From a bacterium (GTDB taxonomy: Bacteria; Zhuqueibacterota; Zhuqueibacteria; Oceanimicrobiales; Oceanimicrobiaceae), in contig JBBIIG010000005.1 of NCBI GenBank assembly GCA_037446635.1, positions 1 through 64,000 on the forward strand: a stretch of 64,000 nucleotides of DNA, written 5' to 3'. The position numbers and the translations under genes are program-made. Positions 10,099 to 20,207 of this stretch are shown here, piece after piece. How positions within the stretch are numbered: the stretch's first letter is position 1; each line of letters starts with the position of its first letter. The notes under the pieces are model-generated. The model searched no databases. It worked only from the letters and a program-made list of their open reading frames with translations, and was not told where the DNA came from.

Positions 10099-11031
10099 TT
10101 GACCGTGCTACCTCCTAAGCTAAACCCCGGCGATGCCATCGGCATTGTTGCCCCGGCCAGCCCGATGATCCCCGAACGTCTTGCCAACGGCATTAGGTAT
10201 CTGCAAAACCGCGGCTTTCAAATTAAGCTCGGCGAGCATATTCACGTCGTCCACGGCTATTTAGCCGGTCGCGATGAAGATCGCGTTGGCGATCTCAACC
10301 AAATGTTTTTGGATGATGCGGTTGCCGCGATTTTTTGCACGCGCGGCGGCTACGGCGTTCCGCGGATTTTGCCGGCGGTCGATTACGAGGCCATTCGCCG
10401 CCGCCCGAAAATCTTGGTGGGCTACAGCGACATCACCGCCCTGCAATTAGCGATTTTCAAGAACACCGGGCTGGTGACCTTTTCCGGCCCCATGGTGGCG
10501 GTGGAAATGGCGACGGCCATCCCGCCCTTCACAGAAGCTAATTTCTGGAAGATGTTAAGCGAACCCCGCGCCGGTTTTCAGATGCGGGTTAAATCGGCCA
10601 GCGGCTTCTGCCTCCGGCCGGGGAAGGCGAAAGGCCGTTTGTTGGGAGGGTGTTTGTCGTTAATTTGCTCTCTGCTGGGGACGCCGTTTTTGCCGGACTT
10701 CCGCGGCGCCATTTTGTTTTTAGAGGACGTCGGCGAAGAGCCCTACCGCGTCGATCGCATGCTCGCCCAGCTCAAATTGGCTGGCGTTTTGAATCAGGTG
10801 AACGGCATCGTGTTTGGGCAGTTTCCGGAGTGCGTGCCCAAGACCGGAGGCCCCAGTTTGAATTTGTCCGAAGTCATCGCAGAGATGACCGCCGACCTGC
10901 GCGTTCCAATCTTGGTTGATTTCCCGTACGGCCACGTTGATGAGAAGTACACCCTGCCCATCGGCGTCGAAGCGGTTCTGGATGCCGAGGCCGGGGTGTT
11001 AGAAATCGCCGAGCCGGCTGTTTTGAGTTGA
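10099..11031 (+). CDS. LD-carboxypeptidase (peptidase S66)
   Basis: RGGYG, GYSDIT (catalytic Ser), FLEDVGE, YGH. Confidence 0.93.
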   Translation: MTVLPPKLNPGDAIGIVAPASPMIPERLANGIRYLQNRGFQIKLGEHIHVVHGYLAGRDEDRVGDLNQMFLDDAVAAIFCTRGGYGVPRILPAVDYEAIRRRPKILVGYSDITALQLAIFKNTGLVTFSGPMVAVEMATAIPPFTEANFWKMLSEPRAGFQMRVKSASGFCLRPGKAKGRLLGGCLSLICSLLGTPFLPDFRGAILFLEDVGEEPYRVDRMLAQLKLAGVLNQVNGIVFGQFPECVPKTGGPSLNLSEVIAEMTADLRVPILVDFPYGHVDEKYTLPIGVEAVLDAEAGVLEIAEPAVLS

Positions 11032-11132
11032 GGGTACAATTCAAACGCGGAGCTCTCCAAAAAGTCGATTTTCATCGAATGGCATGCGTTTATCTGCACC
11101 AATCTGTGTCCAATTTTTTATCAACTCATAAA

Positions 11133-11759
11133 ATGAAACTCCTCAAAATCGCCGTGTTGGCCTCCGGCCGCGGCTCCAATTTAGCGGCGCTGATTTCAGC
11201 CATTGAACGGGGCGAGTTGCACGCTCAGATCGTGCTGGTGATCAGCAACAAAGCGGACGCCGGCGCGCTGGAAATGGCACGCAGCCGCGGCATTCCAGCC
11301 CGGCATCTGTCTGCGGAGACTTTTTCTTCTCTCGCTGCTTTCGACCAAGCGCTGTTGGGTTGTCTGCAACTGCATCAAGCCGACGTCATCGCTCTGGCCG
11401 GCTATTTAAAAAAAATTGGCGGCGCCATCATTCGCGCTTACAAAAATCGCATCGTCAATATTCATCCGGCGCTGCTGCCGGCGTTTGGCGGCAAAGGGAT
11501 GTACGGCCTCAAGGTGCATCAGGCGGTGCTGGAGTACGGCTGCAAAGTCACCGGCGTAACCGTGCACCTGGTGGATGATGAATACGATACCGGGCCGCCG
11601 ATTTTGCAGCGCTGCGTTCCCGTGCTGCCGGACGACACCCCCGAGACGCTCGCCGCCCGGGTTTTGGAAGTGGAGCACAAAGTGTACGCCGAGGCCCTCC
11701 AGCTTTTTGCCGAAGACCGAATAGAGGTGGTTGGTCGACAGGTGCGCATCAAGCCATGA
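11133..11759 (+). CDS. purN: Phosphoribosylglycinamide formyltransferase
   Basis: ASGRGSN, NIHPALLP, GVTVHLVD..YDTGP. ATG at 11133 is preferred over the ORF-track start. Confidence 0.96.
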   Translation: MKLLKIAVLASGRGSNLAALISAIERGELHAQIVLVISNKADAGALEMARSRGIPARHLSAETFSSLAAFDQALLGCLQLHQADVIALAGYLKKIGGAIIRAYKNRIVNIHPALLPAFGGKGMYGLKVHQAVLEYGCKVTGVTVHLVDDEYDTGPPILQRCVPVLPDDTPETLAARVLEVEHKVYAEALQLFAEDRIEVVGRQVRIKP

Positions 11760-11876
11760 ATTATTCAAAGAAACCGTTTATTTTTTCATTTTTTCTATTT
11801 ATATTAGCCGCGTTTGCCTGCCCGCGTTGGTGGGCCTGCATCGTCCAAACCATAGAATTGAAATTGGAGGAAGGTA

Positions 11877-13436
11877 ATGCCCAGGATGCAGCGGGCGTTG
11901 ATCAGTGTTTTCGACAAAACAGGGATTGTTGATTTCGCAAAAGTTTTAAAAGCATTCAACATCGAAATCCTTTCCACCGGCGGCACCGCCAAACATCTTC
12001 ACAAAAACGGCCTCGCGACGACGGCCATTTCCGATGTCACCACCTTCCCGGAAATTTTGGGCGGCCGCGTGAAAACTCTGCACCCCAATATTTTCGGGGG
12101 AATTCTGGCGCGGCGCGACGACGATTCGCAAATGGCGCAGTTGCAGCAGCACGGCATCGCGCCCATCGATCTGCTGGTGGTGAATTTGTATCCATTTGAA
12201 CAAACGGTTGCCGCTGAAAACGCCACCCTCGATGCGGCGCTGGAAAACATCGACATCGGCGGGCCGGCGATGATTCGCGCCGCGGCCAAAAATTTCGTCA
12301 GCGTGGCCGTGGTGACGTCTCCCCGCCAGTACGAGCAAATTATTTCCGAATTATGCGCTCGCGGCGGCGAGATTTCACTGGAGACGCGGCGGCGGCTGGC
12401 GGTGGAAGCGTTTGCCCGCACCTCGCGATATGATCATGTCATCCATTCGTATCTCGCAACGCCGCAGGATGACTCACCGTTTCCAGTGCAAAGGCAAATG
12501 CTGCTGGAGAAAATACAGGATGTGCGTTACGGCGAGAATCCCCACCAGCGGGCGGCATTTTACCGCGAGAGCGGGGCGCCGGTTTTCGGACTGGTAAAAG
12601 CCCGGCAATTGCACGGCAAAGAGTTGTCGTTTAACAATTTTCTCGATTTGGACGCCGCGCTGGGGTTGGCGCAGGAGTTTTCGGAGCCGTGTGCAGTGAT
12701 CATCAAACACACGAATCCCTGCGGCGCGGCCGCTGGTAAAACGTTGTCCGAAGCGTACGCGCGCGCCAAAGCCACGGATCCGGTTTCGGCGTTTGGAGGA
12801 ATTGTGGCGTTGAACCGCGAAGTGGATGAAGCCACCGCGAGCGCCATTGCGGAGCTGTTCACCGAGGCGGTCATCGCTCCGGGGTTCAGTTCGCCGGCGC
12901 TGGAAATTCTAAAAGCGAAAAAAAATCTGCGGTTGCTGGAATGCGGCGATATAAAACAACCCCGCGTCAAGGAAATCGAGGTTAAGAAAGTGCAGGGTGG
13001 GTATCTTTTGCAAGATCGAGATTTTTATAATTTAAACGATATCAAAACGGATGTGGTCACCACCCGCCAGCCGACGTCGGAGGAATGGTCGGCGATGAAG
13101 TTCGCGTGGCGGGTGGCAAAGTGGGTGAAATCCAACGCCATCGTGTTGAGCGATTCGCAACGCACGCTGGGGATCGGCGCGGGGCAAATGTCGCGGGTGG
13201 ATTCGTGCCAGTTGGCTATTGAAAAGGCGAAGCGTTTCGGCCACGATTTGCGCGGCGCCGCAGCGGCCTCGGATGCGTTTTTTCCGTTTCGCGACGGCCT
13301 GGATGTTCTCGCCGCAGCCGGCGCCAGCGCGGTCATTCAGCCCGGCGGCTCGCTGCGGGACGATGAGGTCATTAAAGCCGCCAACGAGCGCAACCTGACG
13401 ATGGTTTTCACCGGGGTGCGGCATTTCCGGCATTAG
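11877..13436 (+). CDS. purH: Bifunctional AICAR transformylase/IMP cyclohydrolase
   Basis: RALISVFDK, STGGT, GRVKTLHP, YGENPHQ, KHTNPCG, SDAFFPF, C-terminal RHFRH. Confidence 0.98.
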   Translation: MPRMQRALISVFDKTGIVDFAKVLKAFNIEILSTGGTAKHLHKNGLATTAISDVTTFPEILGGRVKTLHPNIFGGILARRDDDSQMAQLQQHGIAPIDLLVVNLYPFEQTVAAENATLDAALENIDIGGPAMIRAAAKNFVSVAVVTSPRQYEQIISELCARGGEISLETRRRLAVEAFARTSRYDHVIHSYLATPQDDSPFPVQRQMLLEKIQDVRYGENPHQRAAFYRESGAPVFGLVKARQLHGKELSFNNFLDLDAALGLAQEFSEPCAVIIKHTNPCGAAAGKTLSEAYARAKATDPVSAFGGIVALNREVDEATASAIAELFTEAVIAPGFSSPALEILKAKKNLRLLECGDIKQPRVKEIEVKKVQGGYLLQDRDFYNLNDIKTDVVTTRQPTSEEWSAMKFAWRVAKWVKSNAIVLSDSQRTLGIGAGQMSRVDSCQLAIEKAKRFGHDLRGAAAASDAFFPFRDGLDVLAAAGASAVIQPGGSLRDDEVIKAANERNLTMVFTGVRHFRH

Positions 13437-13445
13437 AAAAAAACT

Positions 13446-13486
13446 AAACCTCAAAGTTCGCTAAGGAAACGCGAAGAAAGCGCAAT
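13446..13486. repeat. Half-copy of the periodic AACCGCAAAG-type palindromic repeat
   Basis: AACCTCAAAGTTCGCTAAG is nearly identical to AACCGCAAAGTTCGCTAAG at 62949. Confidence 0.6.
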
Positions 13487-13581
13487 GAAAATATTCTTAT
13501 AATCTGCGAACATCTGCACTGATCAGCATCCAAAAAATCTTTTCAAAAAATTACGAAAACGAACAAGGATAGGACCAAACT

Positions 13582-14631
13582 GTGAACACGAATTCAAAAG
13601 CAGAATCATTCTGGACAAAATATTTTTCCAATGACATTGCTATCGATTTGGGGACAGCCAATACGCTGGTCTTTGTGAAAGGCCGCGGCATTTTGATCAA
13701 TGAGCCGTCCATTGTTGCTGTTCGTAAAAGCGATCAGCAAATTCTGGCCTACGGCAACGAAGCCAAAGTGATGATGGGGCGCACGCCGGAAGATTTGGTG
13801 ACGGTGCGGCCCCTGAAGGACGGCGTGATCGCTGATTTCGATATCGCCGAAAGAATGATCCGCCACTTCATCAAAAAAGTGCAGACCAACCGCTTCATTC
13901 GTCCCCGCATCGCGGTGTGCATTCCTTCCGGAATCACGGAGGTTGAAAAGCGCGCGGTGCGCGACTCGGCGGAGCACGCCGGCGGCCGCGAAATTTATAT
14001 GATTCAGGAACCGATGGCCGCGGCCATTGGCGTCAACTTGCCTATCGAGCAGCCGGTGGGGAGCATGGTGGTGGACATCGGCGGCGGCACCACGGAAATT
14101 GCAGTGATTTCGTTGTCCGGCATCGTCACCGATATTTCCGTTCGCATCGCCGGCGACGAAATGAACGAGGCCATCGTGCAATATTTCAAAAAAGCGTACA
14201 ACCTGTTGATTGGCGAAAACACCGCCGAGGCGATCAAAATCACCATGGGTTCGGCCGAGCCCTACAAATGCGATGATGTCAAAATGGTCAAGGGCCGCAA
14301 CATGGTGGACGGCATCCCCAAGACCGTGAAAATCCACGCCAAAGAAATCCAGGAGGCGCTCTCCGAGCCGGTGAGTTACATCGTTGATGCGGTCAAATTA
14401 TGCCTCGAGCGCACCCCGCCGGAGCTGGCGTCGGATATTCTCGATCGCGGCATCGTGTTGACCGGCGGCGGCGCGCTGCTGCGCGGCCTGGACGAACGGC
14501 TGCGCCTCGCCACCGAGCTGCCCATCATCGTCGCCGACGATCCGCTCACCTGTGTGGCGCTCGGCACCGGCAAAATTTTTGACGACCTGAACACCTACCA
14601 GAAGGTACTGGTTACCGGCAAAAAATATTAA
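13582..14631 (+). CDS. mreB: Rod shape-determining protein MreB
   Basis: IDLGTANT, EPMAAAIG, DIGGGTTE, LTGGGALL. Confidence 0.98.
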   Translation: MNTNSKAESFWTKYFSNDIAIDLGTANTLVFVKGRGILINEPSIVAVRKSDQQILAYGNEAKVMMGRTPEDLVTVRPLKDGVIADFDIAERMIRHFIKKVQTNRFIRPRIAVCIPSGITEVEKRAVRDSAEHAGGREIYMIQEPMAAAIGVNLPIEQPVGSMVVDIGGGTTEIAVISLSGIVTDISVRIAGDEMNEAIVQYFKKAYNLLIGENTAEAIKITMGSAEPYKCDDVKMVKGRNMVDGIPKTVKIHAKEIQEALSEPVSYIVDAVKLCLERTPPELASDILDRGIVLTGGGALLRGLDERLRLATELPIIVADDPLTCVALGTGKIFDDLNTYQKVLVTGKKY

Positions 14632-14636
14632 TTCCG

Positions 14637-15440
14637 ATGCGAAGCTTGAACGAGTGGGTCAGCTATCGCCGCGATTTGTTTACGCTGCTCGCGGCCATTT
14701 TATTTTCCCTTGGCTTACTCTGGTCCAACGAGGGCTTGCAAATTCAAACCATCCAGCGCTGGACGCTGAGCGGCTTTGGATTCTTGTTGGAGAAGGTTTC
14801 TTTTTTAAGCGAAATGAATTCGCTGCGCGAAGAGAACGAGTGGCTGCGTCAGAAAAATACCGAGCTGATGCTCGCCAATAGTCGGCTGAAGGAGGCCCTG
14901 AACGAAAACCGCCGCCTGCGCGAGCTGCTGGATTTCAAAGAAACGAGCCAGCTCGATTTGATTCCGGCGAAGGTGATCGGCAAAGCCAGCAACAGCTTCG
15001 TCAACTCGATCATCCTCGCCGCGGGCAGCGCTGATTCCATTGAGAAAAATATGGCGGTGGTGACCGCGCAAGGATTGGTCGGCAAAGTGTTCAGCGTCAC
15101 TGAAAACCACGCCACTGGCCAGCTTCTCCTCGATCGTAATTTCCGGGTGAGCGCGATGACGCAGCGCAGCCGCGTTAACGGCATCGTTAAGTGGCGCGAG
15201 GGCAACCGTGTGGCGCTGGCGGAGGTTCCCAAGCGTTCCGACGTGGCCGCGGGCGATACGGTGATCACCTCCGGACAGAGTTTCTTTTTTCCCGGTGGGC
15301 TGCTGATCGGCAAAGTAGTCTCACTCAGTGAAAGCGAACAAAGCATGTTTATGGACATTCTCGTCGAACCAGCCGTGGATTTCACGAGATTGGAAGAGGT
15401 GTTTGTTATTCGCAGCCGACCCATTAATCCACGAAATTAG
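14637..15440 (+). CDS. mreC: Rod shape-determining protein MreC
   Basis: N-terminal TM, coiled coil (ENRRLRELL), GLVGKV, TSG...FPGG; operon position. Confidence 0.95.
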   Translation: MRSLNEWVSYRRDLFTLLAAILFSLGLLWSNEGLQIQTIQRWTLSGFGFLLEKVSFLSEMNSLREENEWLRQKNTELMLANSRLKEALNENRRLRELLDFKETSQLDLIPAKVIGKASNSFVNSIILAAGSADSIEKNMAVVTAQGLVGKVFSVTENHATGQLLLDRNFRVSAMTQRSRVNGIVKWREGNRVALAEVPKRSDVAAGDTVITSGQSFFFPGGLLIGKVVSLSESEQSMFMDILVEPAVDFTRLEEVFVIRSRPINPRN

Positions 15441-15926
15441 ATGCCCGGCCTGATTCATATTCTGTTGTTGGTTCTTTCTATTTTACTGCAACTGAAGGTT
15501 GCGCCGCTTTTTTCAATCAAAGATATCGCGCCGGATTTTATTTTGATTGGGATCGTGGCGGTGGCGCTGCAAAAGGGCCGCACTTGGGGAATAATTGCGG
15601 GATGTCTGGCCGGATTGCTGTTTGATACCTTCAGTGCCGATTTGGTCGGCTTGTCATCGCTGACCAAAACCATCGCCGCTTTTTTCGCGGGGTTCGTTGG
15701 CGGCGAGCGCTTAGAGCGGCGATTTGTAAGCATCGTTGGTTTTTTGTTTTTGCTGTTTTTGGCGCATGATATTCTCTATTTCACCATTTTGTCAATTGGC
15801 GCCGCCGCCAGTTTTTGGAAAATCGTTTGGCGCTTTGCTCTGCCAACGACCATCTACACTTTAACGTTTATGACAATGATCAATTTGGTTTGGCCAAGCG
15901 CCCTTTGGGGCCGTTCCGACAGGTAA
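15441..15926 (+). CDS. mreD: Rod shape-determining protein MreD
   Basis: Hydrophobic protein with PDFILI and GLLFD; lies between mreC and mrdA. Confidence 0.9.
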   Translation: MPGLIHILLLVLSILLQLKVAPLFSIKDIAPDFILIGIVAVALQKGRTWGIIAGCLAGLLFDTFSADLVGLSSLTKTIAAFFAGFVGGERLERRFVSIVGFLFLLFLAHDILYFTILSIGAAASFWKIVWRFALPTTIYTLTFMTMINLVWPSALWGRSDR

Positions 15927-15932
15927 ACCCTG

Positions 15933-17708
15933 ATGAAAAACAATTTGAATTTCCTGAAATCGTTTTATAAAATTGTCGCTGTGACCGTGTTTGTGCTGCT
16001 GCTGGGCCGATTGGCGCAACTGCAGCTTTGGCATTGGGACAAATATTTCAAGGAATCGGAACGCAACCGCATTCGCGAGATCGTGATCGATCCGCCGCGC
16101 GGCGTCATTTACGATCGGCGCGGGGAAATTTTAGTGGACAATCGTCCCGCCTACTCAGTGTCGGTCATCCCCTATGAAGTCATGAAGTACGAGCAGCCGG
16201 TGAATCTGCTTTCCAATATTTTAGAACAGCCGGCCAGCAACCTTAAACAAAAAATCCGCAAAGAAAAGATCAGCAATTTTCTGCCGGTGAAAATCAAGCG
16301 CCAGGTTGATTTTTCAACCCTCAGCGTTCTTGAAGAGTCGCGGTTGGATTTGCCCGGCGTCTTTTATACCGTCGAATCGAAACGATATTATCCCGGCGGC
16401 GTCAACGCCCCGCACATTTTTGGATATTTGGGCGAAATCACCTCCGAGGAGTTGGTGCAGCGGCGAGACGTCGGTTACCGCATGGGCGATATCATCGGCA
16501 AGAGCGGATTGGAATTTCAGTACGAGCGGTTCCTGCGCGGCGAACCGGGCATCAAATACGTCGAGGTGGACGTGTTAGGGCGGGAAATAAAAGATTTGCC
16601 GGAGCTTTCTTTTAAATCGCCCAAGCCCGGTCATCACCTTTATTTAACGATGGACGCCAAACTTCAGCGCTACCTCGAAGAGGCGATGACCGGCAGACGC
16701 GGCGCCGCGGTCGCGCTCGATCCCCGCAACGGCGACATCCTGGCGATTTTAAGCAAACCGGATTACGACCCCGAAATTTTTTCCAGCCCGCTCACGCCGG
16801 AAATTTGGCAGCAGCTCATCAGCGACGAAGGTCATCCGCTTTACAATCGGGTGTGTCAGAGTTTGTATCCGCCCGGTTCCACGTTTAAGCTGGCGTTGGC
16901 GGTTGCGGCGCTGGAAAGCGGCCGCGTCAATTTGGAGCAAAAAATCTTTTGCGCCGGCAGCTACCGTTTAGGCAACCGCACCTTTGATTGCTGGAGAAAG
17001 GGCGGCCACGGCGAGGTGAATTTTTTCGACGCCATCGAGCAATCCTGCAACGTCTATTTTTACACCAAGGGTTTGGAGGTCGGGCTGGATAATTGGGCCA
17101 AATATTCCAAACTCTTACTTTTTGGAAAGCCCACCGGCATCGATCTCCCCAACGAGAGCGCCGGCCTGGTGCCCGACCGAGCCTATTTCGCCGCCAAGTA
17201 CGGCGAGCGCCGATGGAGTAAAGGCTTGGTTGTAAACCTTGCGGTGGGCCAGGGGGATTTGCTGACGACGCCGCTGCAAATGGCCTACTTCGCGATGATC
17301 CTGGGCAACGAGGGGGTGGCCTACAAACCGCGCTTGCTGCGCAAAATCGTTGACCCGGTCACTCACCACGCGGCGTTTCCGGCCAGCGATTCCGTGCACC
17401 TGTCGGGCATCTCGCCGGATACGTTCAAAAAACTCAAGCAGGGGATGTATTTGGTGGTGAACGGCGGGCGCGGCACCGGCCGGGCGGCGTGGATTCCGCG
17501 CGTCAAAGTGTGCGGGAAAACCGGCACCGCGCAAAACCCCCACGGCGACTCCCACGCCTGGTTCATCGGCTTCGCGCCCATGGAAAAACCGGAGATTGCG
17601 TTTTGTATTTTGGTCGAAAACGGCGGCGGCGGCGGCGCGGTGGCGGCGCCCATCGCCCGCGGTTTGTTGTCCATCTATTTTGAAGACAAGTTGATGGCGC
17701 AGCAATGA
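15933..17708 (+). CDS. mrdA: Penicillin-binding protein 2
   Basis: PPRGVIYDR, STFK (SxxK), SCN (SxN), KTGT. Confidence 0.96.
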   Translation: MKNNLNFLKSFYKIVAVTVFVLLLGRLAQLQLWHWDKYFKESERNRIREIVIDPPRGVIYDRRGEILVDNRPAYSVSVIPYEVMKYEQPVNLLSNILEQPASNLKQKIRKEKISNFLPVKIKRQVDFSTLSVLEESRLDLPGVFYTVESKRYYPGGVNAPHIFGYLGEITSEELVQRRDVGYRMGDIIGKSGLEFQYERFLRGEPGIKYVEVDVLGREIKDLPELSFKSPKPGHHLYLTMDAKLQRYLEEAMTGRRGAAVALDPRNGDILAILSKPDYDPEIFSSPLTPEIWQQLISDEGHPLYNRVCQSLYPPGSTFKLALAVAALESGRVNLEQKIFCAGSYRLGNRTFDCWRKGGHGEVNFFDAIEQSCNVYFYTKGLEVGLDNWAKYSKLLLFGKPTGIDLPNESAGLVPDRAYFAAKYGERRWSKGLVVNLAVGQGDLLTTPLQMAYFAMILGNEGVAYKPRLLRKIVDPVTHHAAFPASDSVHLSGISPDTFKKLKQGMYLVVNGGRGTGRAAWIPRVKVCGKTGTAQNPHGDSHAWFIGFAPMEKPEIAFCILVENGGGGGAVAAPIARGLLSIYFEDKLMAQQ

Positions 17709-18937
17709 TGTTCCAAGAAAATCGAATGATGCGGCAAATTGACGGGGTGCTGCTGGCAGCGGCAATTGGGCTGACGGTTTGTGGGTTGATCGCCATTTAC
17801 AGCGCCACCCACAGCAGCGAGTCCCTGGTCATCAAATTGAATTTCAAGCGCCAGCTCATTTGGGTGGCGTTTGGCTATGTCGTCATGCTGGCGACCATCT
17901 TCATCCCCAACCGCTTTTTTTATAAATACGCTTATCACGCTTACGTCCTCACGCTTGCGCTGCTGGTCTTGGTGCTGTTTATTGGAACCGGCAGCGGTGC
18001 ACGCCGCTGGATCACCATTGGCCCGGTTTGGATTCAACCCGTAGAGTTTGCCAAAGTCGGGACCGTGATGGCAATGGCGCGTTTCTTGAGCCAGGACAAT
18101 CGCAAAATGGATAAGCTGCTGGACGTGGGCCTCGCGTTTGGGATCGCCCTGCTGCCGATGCTGCTGGTGATGAAACAGCCTGACCTGGGATCGGCGATGG
18201 TGCTGATGGCGGTTATTCTGCCCGTCCTGCATTGGGCCGGGCTTCCCAACATCGTGCTGTTTGTGTTGGTGGCGCCGGTTATTGTTCTGGTGTGCGCGTT
18301 CAATTACTATTCGTTTCTCATCGCTATGATCGTGATTAGCGTGGTGCTGCTGCTGTCGCGGCGGGGAATGATGTTTTTTCTGATCAATTTTTTCATCAAC
18401 ATCGGCGTGGGGGTTTGCACTCCCATCATTTGGAATTTGTTGAAGGGATATCAACGGCAGCGCATTCTAACTTTTCTGGGCTTGGTGACCGATCCGCAGG
18501 GACTGGGATACCAGGTCATTCAATCCAAAGTGGCCATCGGTTCCGGCGGCTTTTTCGGCAAAGGATTTTTGCAGGGCACGCAAACCCACTTGCGCTTTTT
18601 GCCCGAGCAGCACACCGATTTTATTTTTTGTGTGATCGGCGAGGAGTTCGGTTTCATTGGCGCGGTGGTGATTTTGTCGCTCTATCTTATTCTAATCCTG
18701 CGCTGTCTGGGCATTTCGGTGAATGCACGCACGAAATTCGAGAGCTTGCTGGTGTTTGGCTGCGTCATTATTTTTCTTTTTCAAATTGCGGTGAACATCG
18801 GGATGACGGTTGGGATCATGCCAGTGACCGGCATCCCGCTGCCGTTTTTGAGTTACGGGGGCTCCTCCATGATCATGAGTTTTATTATCGTGGGCCTGGC
18901 CTTGAACGCCGCCCGCAAACGGTTTGAATACAATTAG
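17705..18937 (+). CDS. rodA: SEDS peptidoglycan glycosyltransferase RodA
   Basis: QPVEFAK, QPDLGSA, LPEQHTDFIF, GIPLPFLSYGGSS. Confidence 0.96.
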   Translation: MMFQENRMMRQIDGVLLAAAIGLTVCGLIAIYSATHSSESLVIKLNFKRQLIWVAFGYVVMLATIFIPNRFFYKYAYHAYVLTLALLVLVLFIGTGSGARRWITIGPVWIQPVEFAKVGTVMAMARFLSQDNRKMDKLLDVGLAFGIALLPMLLVMKQPDLGSAMVLMAVILPVLHWAGLPNIVLFVLVAPVIVLVCAFNYYSFLIAMIVISVVLLLSRRGMMFFLINFFINIGVGVCTPIIWNLLKGYQRQRILTFLGLVTDPQGLGYQVIQSKVAIGSGGFFGKGFLQGTQTHLRFLPEQHTDFIFCVIGEEFGFIGAVVILSLYLILILRCLGISVNARTKFESLLVFGCVIIFLFQIAVNIGMTVGIMPVTGIPLPFLSYGGSSMIMSFIIVGLALNAARKRFEYN

Positions 18938-18977
18938 CATATCATTAGGCAAAACAAGGGCTAAACAAAAAATCAGC

Positions 18978-19006
18978 TTGACTTTTTGCATTCTCTTTAA
19001 TACCTT
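18978..19006 (+). promoter_or_regulatory. Putative sigma70-type promoter
   Basis: TTGACT-17 nt-TACCTT upstream of 19039. Confidence 0.55.
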
Positions 19007-19038
19007 TAGCCAATATCAATAATATTTAAGGTCTTACG

Positions 19039-20175
19039 ATGAAACCAAAATGTCTGACGGTGGCGGGCTTGTTTTTGCTATTGGGGGTCTGCGGGTTGGC
19101 CCAGGCCGGTGACTGGCGGTTTGGAATTGGATTGCAGGCGGGTGTGAGCCGAATTGAAGCTGACCGCGATGGCAAGTTGAGTCCGATGGTTTCCGGGCAT
19201 TTGCGCGTTTTGCCGATCCCATATTTTGCGATCAATGGCGAGTTGGGCTACGGGCGTTTAGGTTACTCCAATCTCGCTGGCAGTCCGAGAACAGAAATCA
19301 TCCCATTCGAGCTCAGCGGAATGGTTAATTTTCTCCCTTTTAAAAAGATCAACCCGTATGTTTTTGTTGGCGGCGGCGGCACTTGGTGGGCGGCGAAAAG
19401 TAACGCCGGCACAGCGCAGGACGGCATCGATTCCTTTCTCAAAACCGGCGGCGGGTTGGAATTTCGGGTCTCACCGAGCATCGCTTTGAATTTGGGCGCC
19501 AGCTATCGTTATTCTCTCACCGATGTTTTTGATCAGAATCCCAGCGGCGACGAAAACGATCAGGTGCTGGACGTGCACGCCGGCTTCACGTTCTATTTCA
19601 ACAAAGTGCGCGGCGATCGCGACCGCGACGGCATCCCGGATGAATTCGATCTCATGCCCGAAATCGCCGAAGACCGCGACGGTTACATGGACCACGATGG
19701 TATCCCGGAAAAGAACGCCAACCCCGCCGCCATGAACGCTCTCGATAATCCCCTTGAAAGCAACAGCGACGGCGCGGCGCCCATCGTTATTCATCACCTC
19801 GTCACCCAGGCAGAATTGGGAGGCGGCATCCCCATCAAGGCCCAAGTTTTTTCCAATATTGAATTACGAGTCGTGGCCGCGCTTTACCGGCCCATCGGCA
19901 CCCCCAACTGGAACGTGGTTCGGTTGGAAAATAACGGCGGCAATCTTTATCAGGGGGAGATCCCTGGTTACGCGGTCACCAGTTCGGGTTTGGAATATTG
20001 CGTGGTGGCGGTGGATCAAACTCTCTCCGGGGTGGGCTATTCCGGTCTGCCAAGCAAGCCCATCGCAGTGAAAATTTCCCCGAGCGGCAAACCCTGGCGC
20101 ATCGTTGGCGGGATAGTTGGCGCGGCCGCCGTTGGCACAGCTTCCTACATCGTTTTACGAGAACAAAAAAATTAA
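19039..20175 (+). CDS. Outer-membrane beta-barrel protein with thrombospondin type-3-like Ca-binding repeats and a non-OmpA C-terminal domain
   Basis: Signal peptide, amphipathic strands ending GFTFYF, DRDRDGIPDEFD..PE..EDRDG..DHDGIPE. Confidence 0.72.
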   Translation: MKPKCLTVAGLFLLLGVCGLAQAGDWRFGIGLQAGVSRIEADRDGKLSPMVSGHLRVLPIPYFAINGELGYGRLGYSNLAGSPRTEIIPFELSGMVNFLPFKKINPYVFVGGGGTWWAAKSNAGTAQDGIDSFLKTGGGLEFRVSPSIALNLGASYRYSLTDVFDQNPSGDENDQVLDVHAGFTFYFNKVRGDRDRDGIPDEFDLMPEIAEDRDGYMDHDGIPEKNANPAAMNALDNPLESNSDGAAPIVIHHLVTQAELGGGIPIKAQVFSNIELRVVAALYRPIGTPNWNVVRLENNGGNLYQGEIPGYAVTSSGLEYCVVAVDQTLSGVGYSGLPSKPIAVKISPSGKPWRIVGGIVGAAAVGTASYIVLREQKN

Positions 20176-20207
20176 ATTTATGGTTGGATGGAGCCATTGG
20201 AGGTAGT

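Noticed and set aside
11760..11876. ZMP/ZTP riboswitch upstream of purH
   Set aside because: The conserved GACTGGCG and GCCTGGGC elements were not found.
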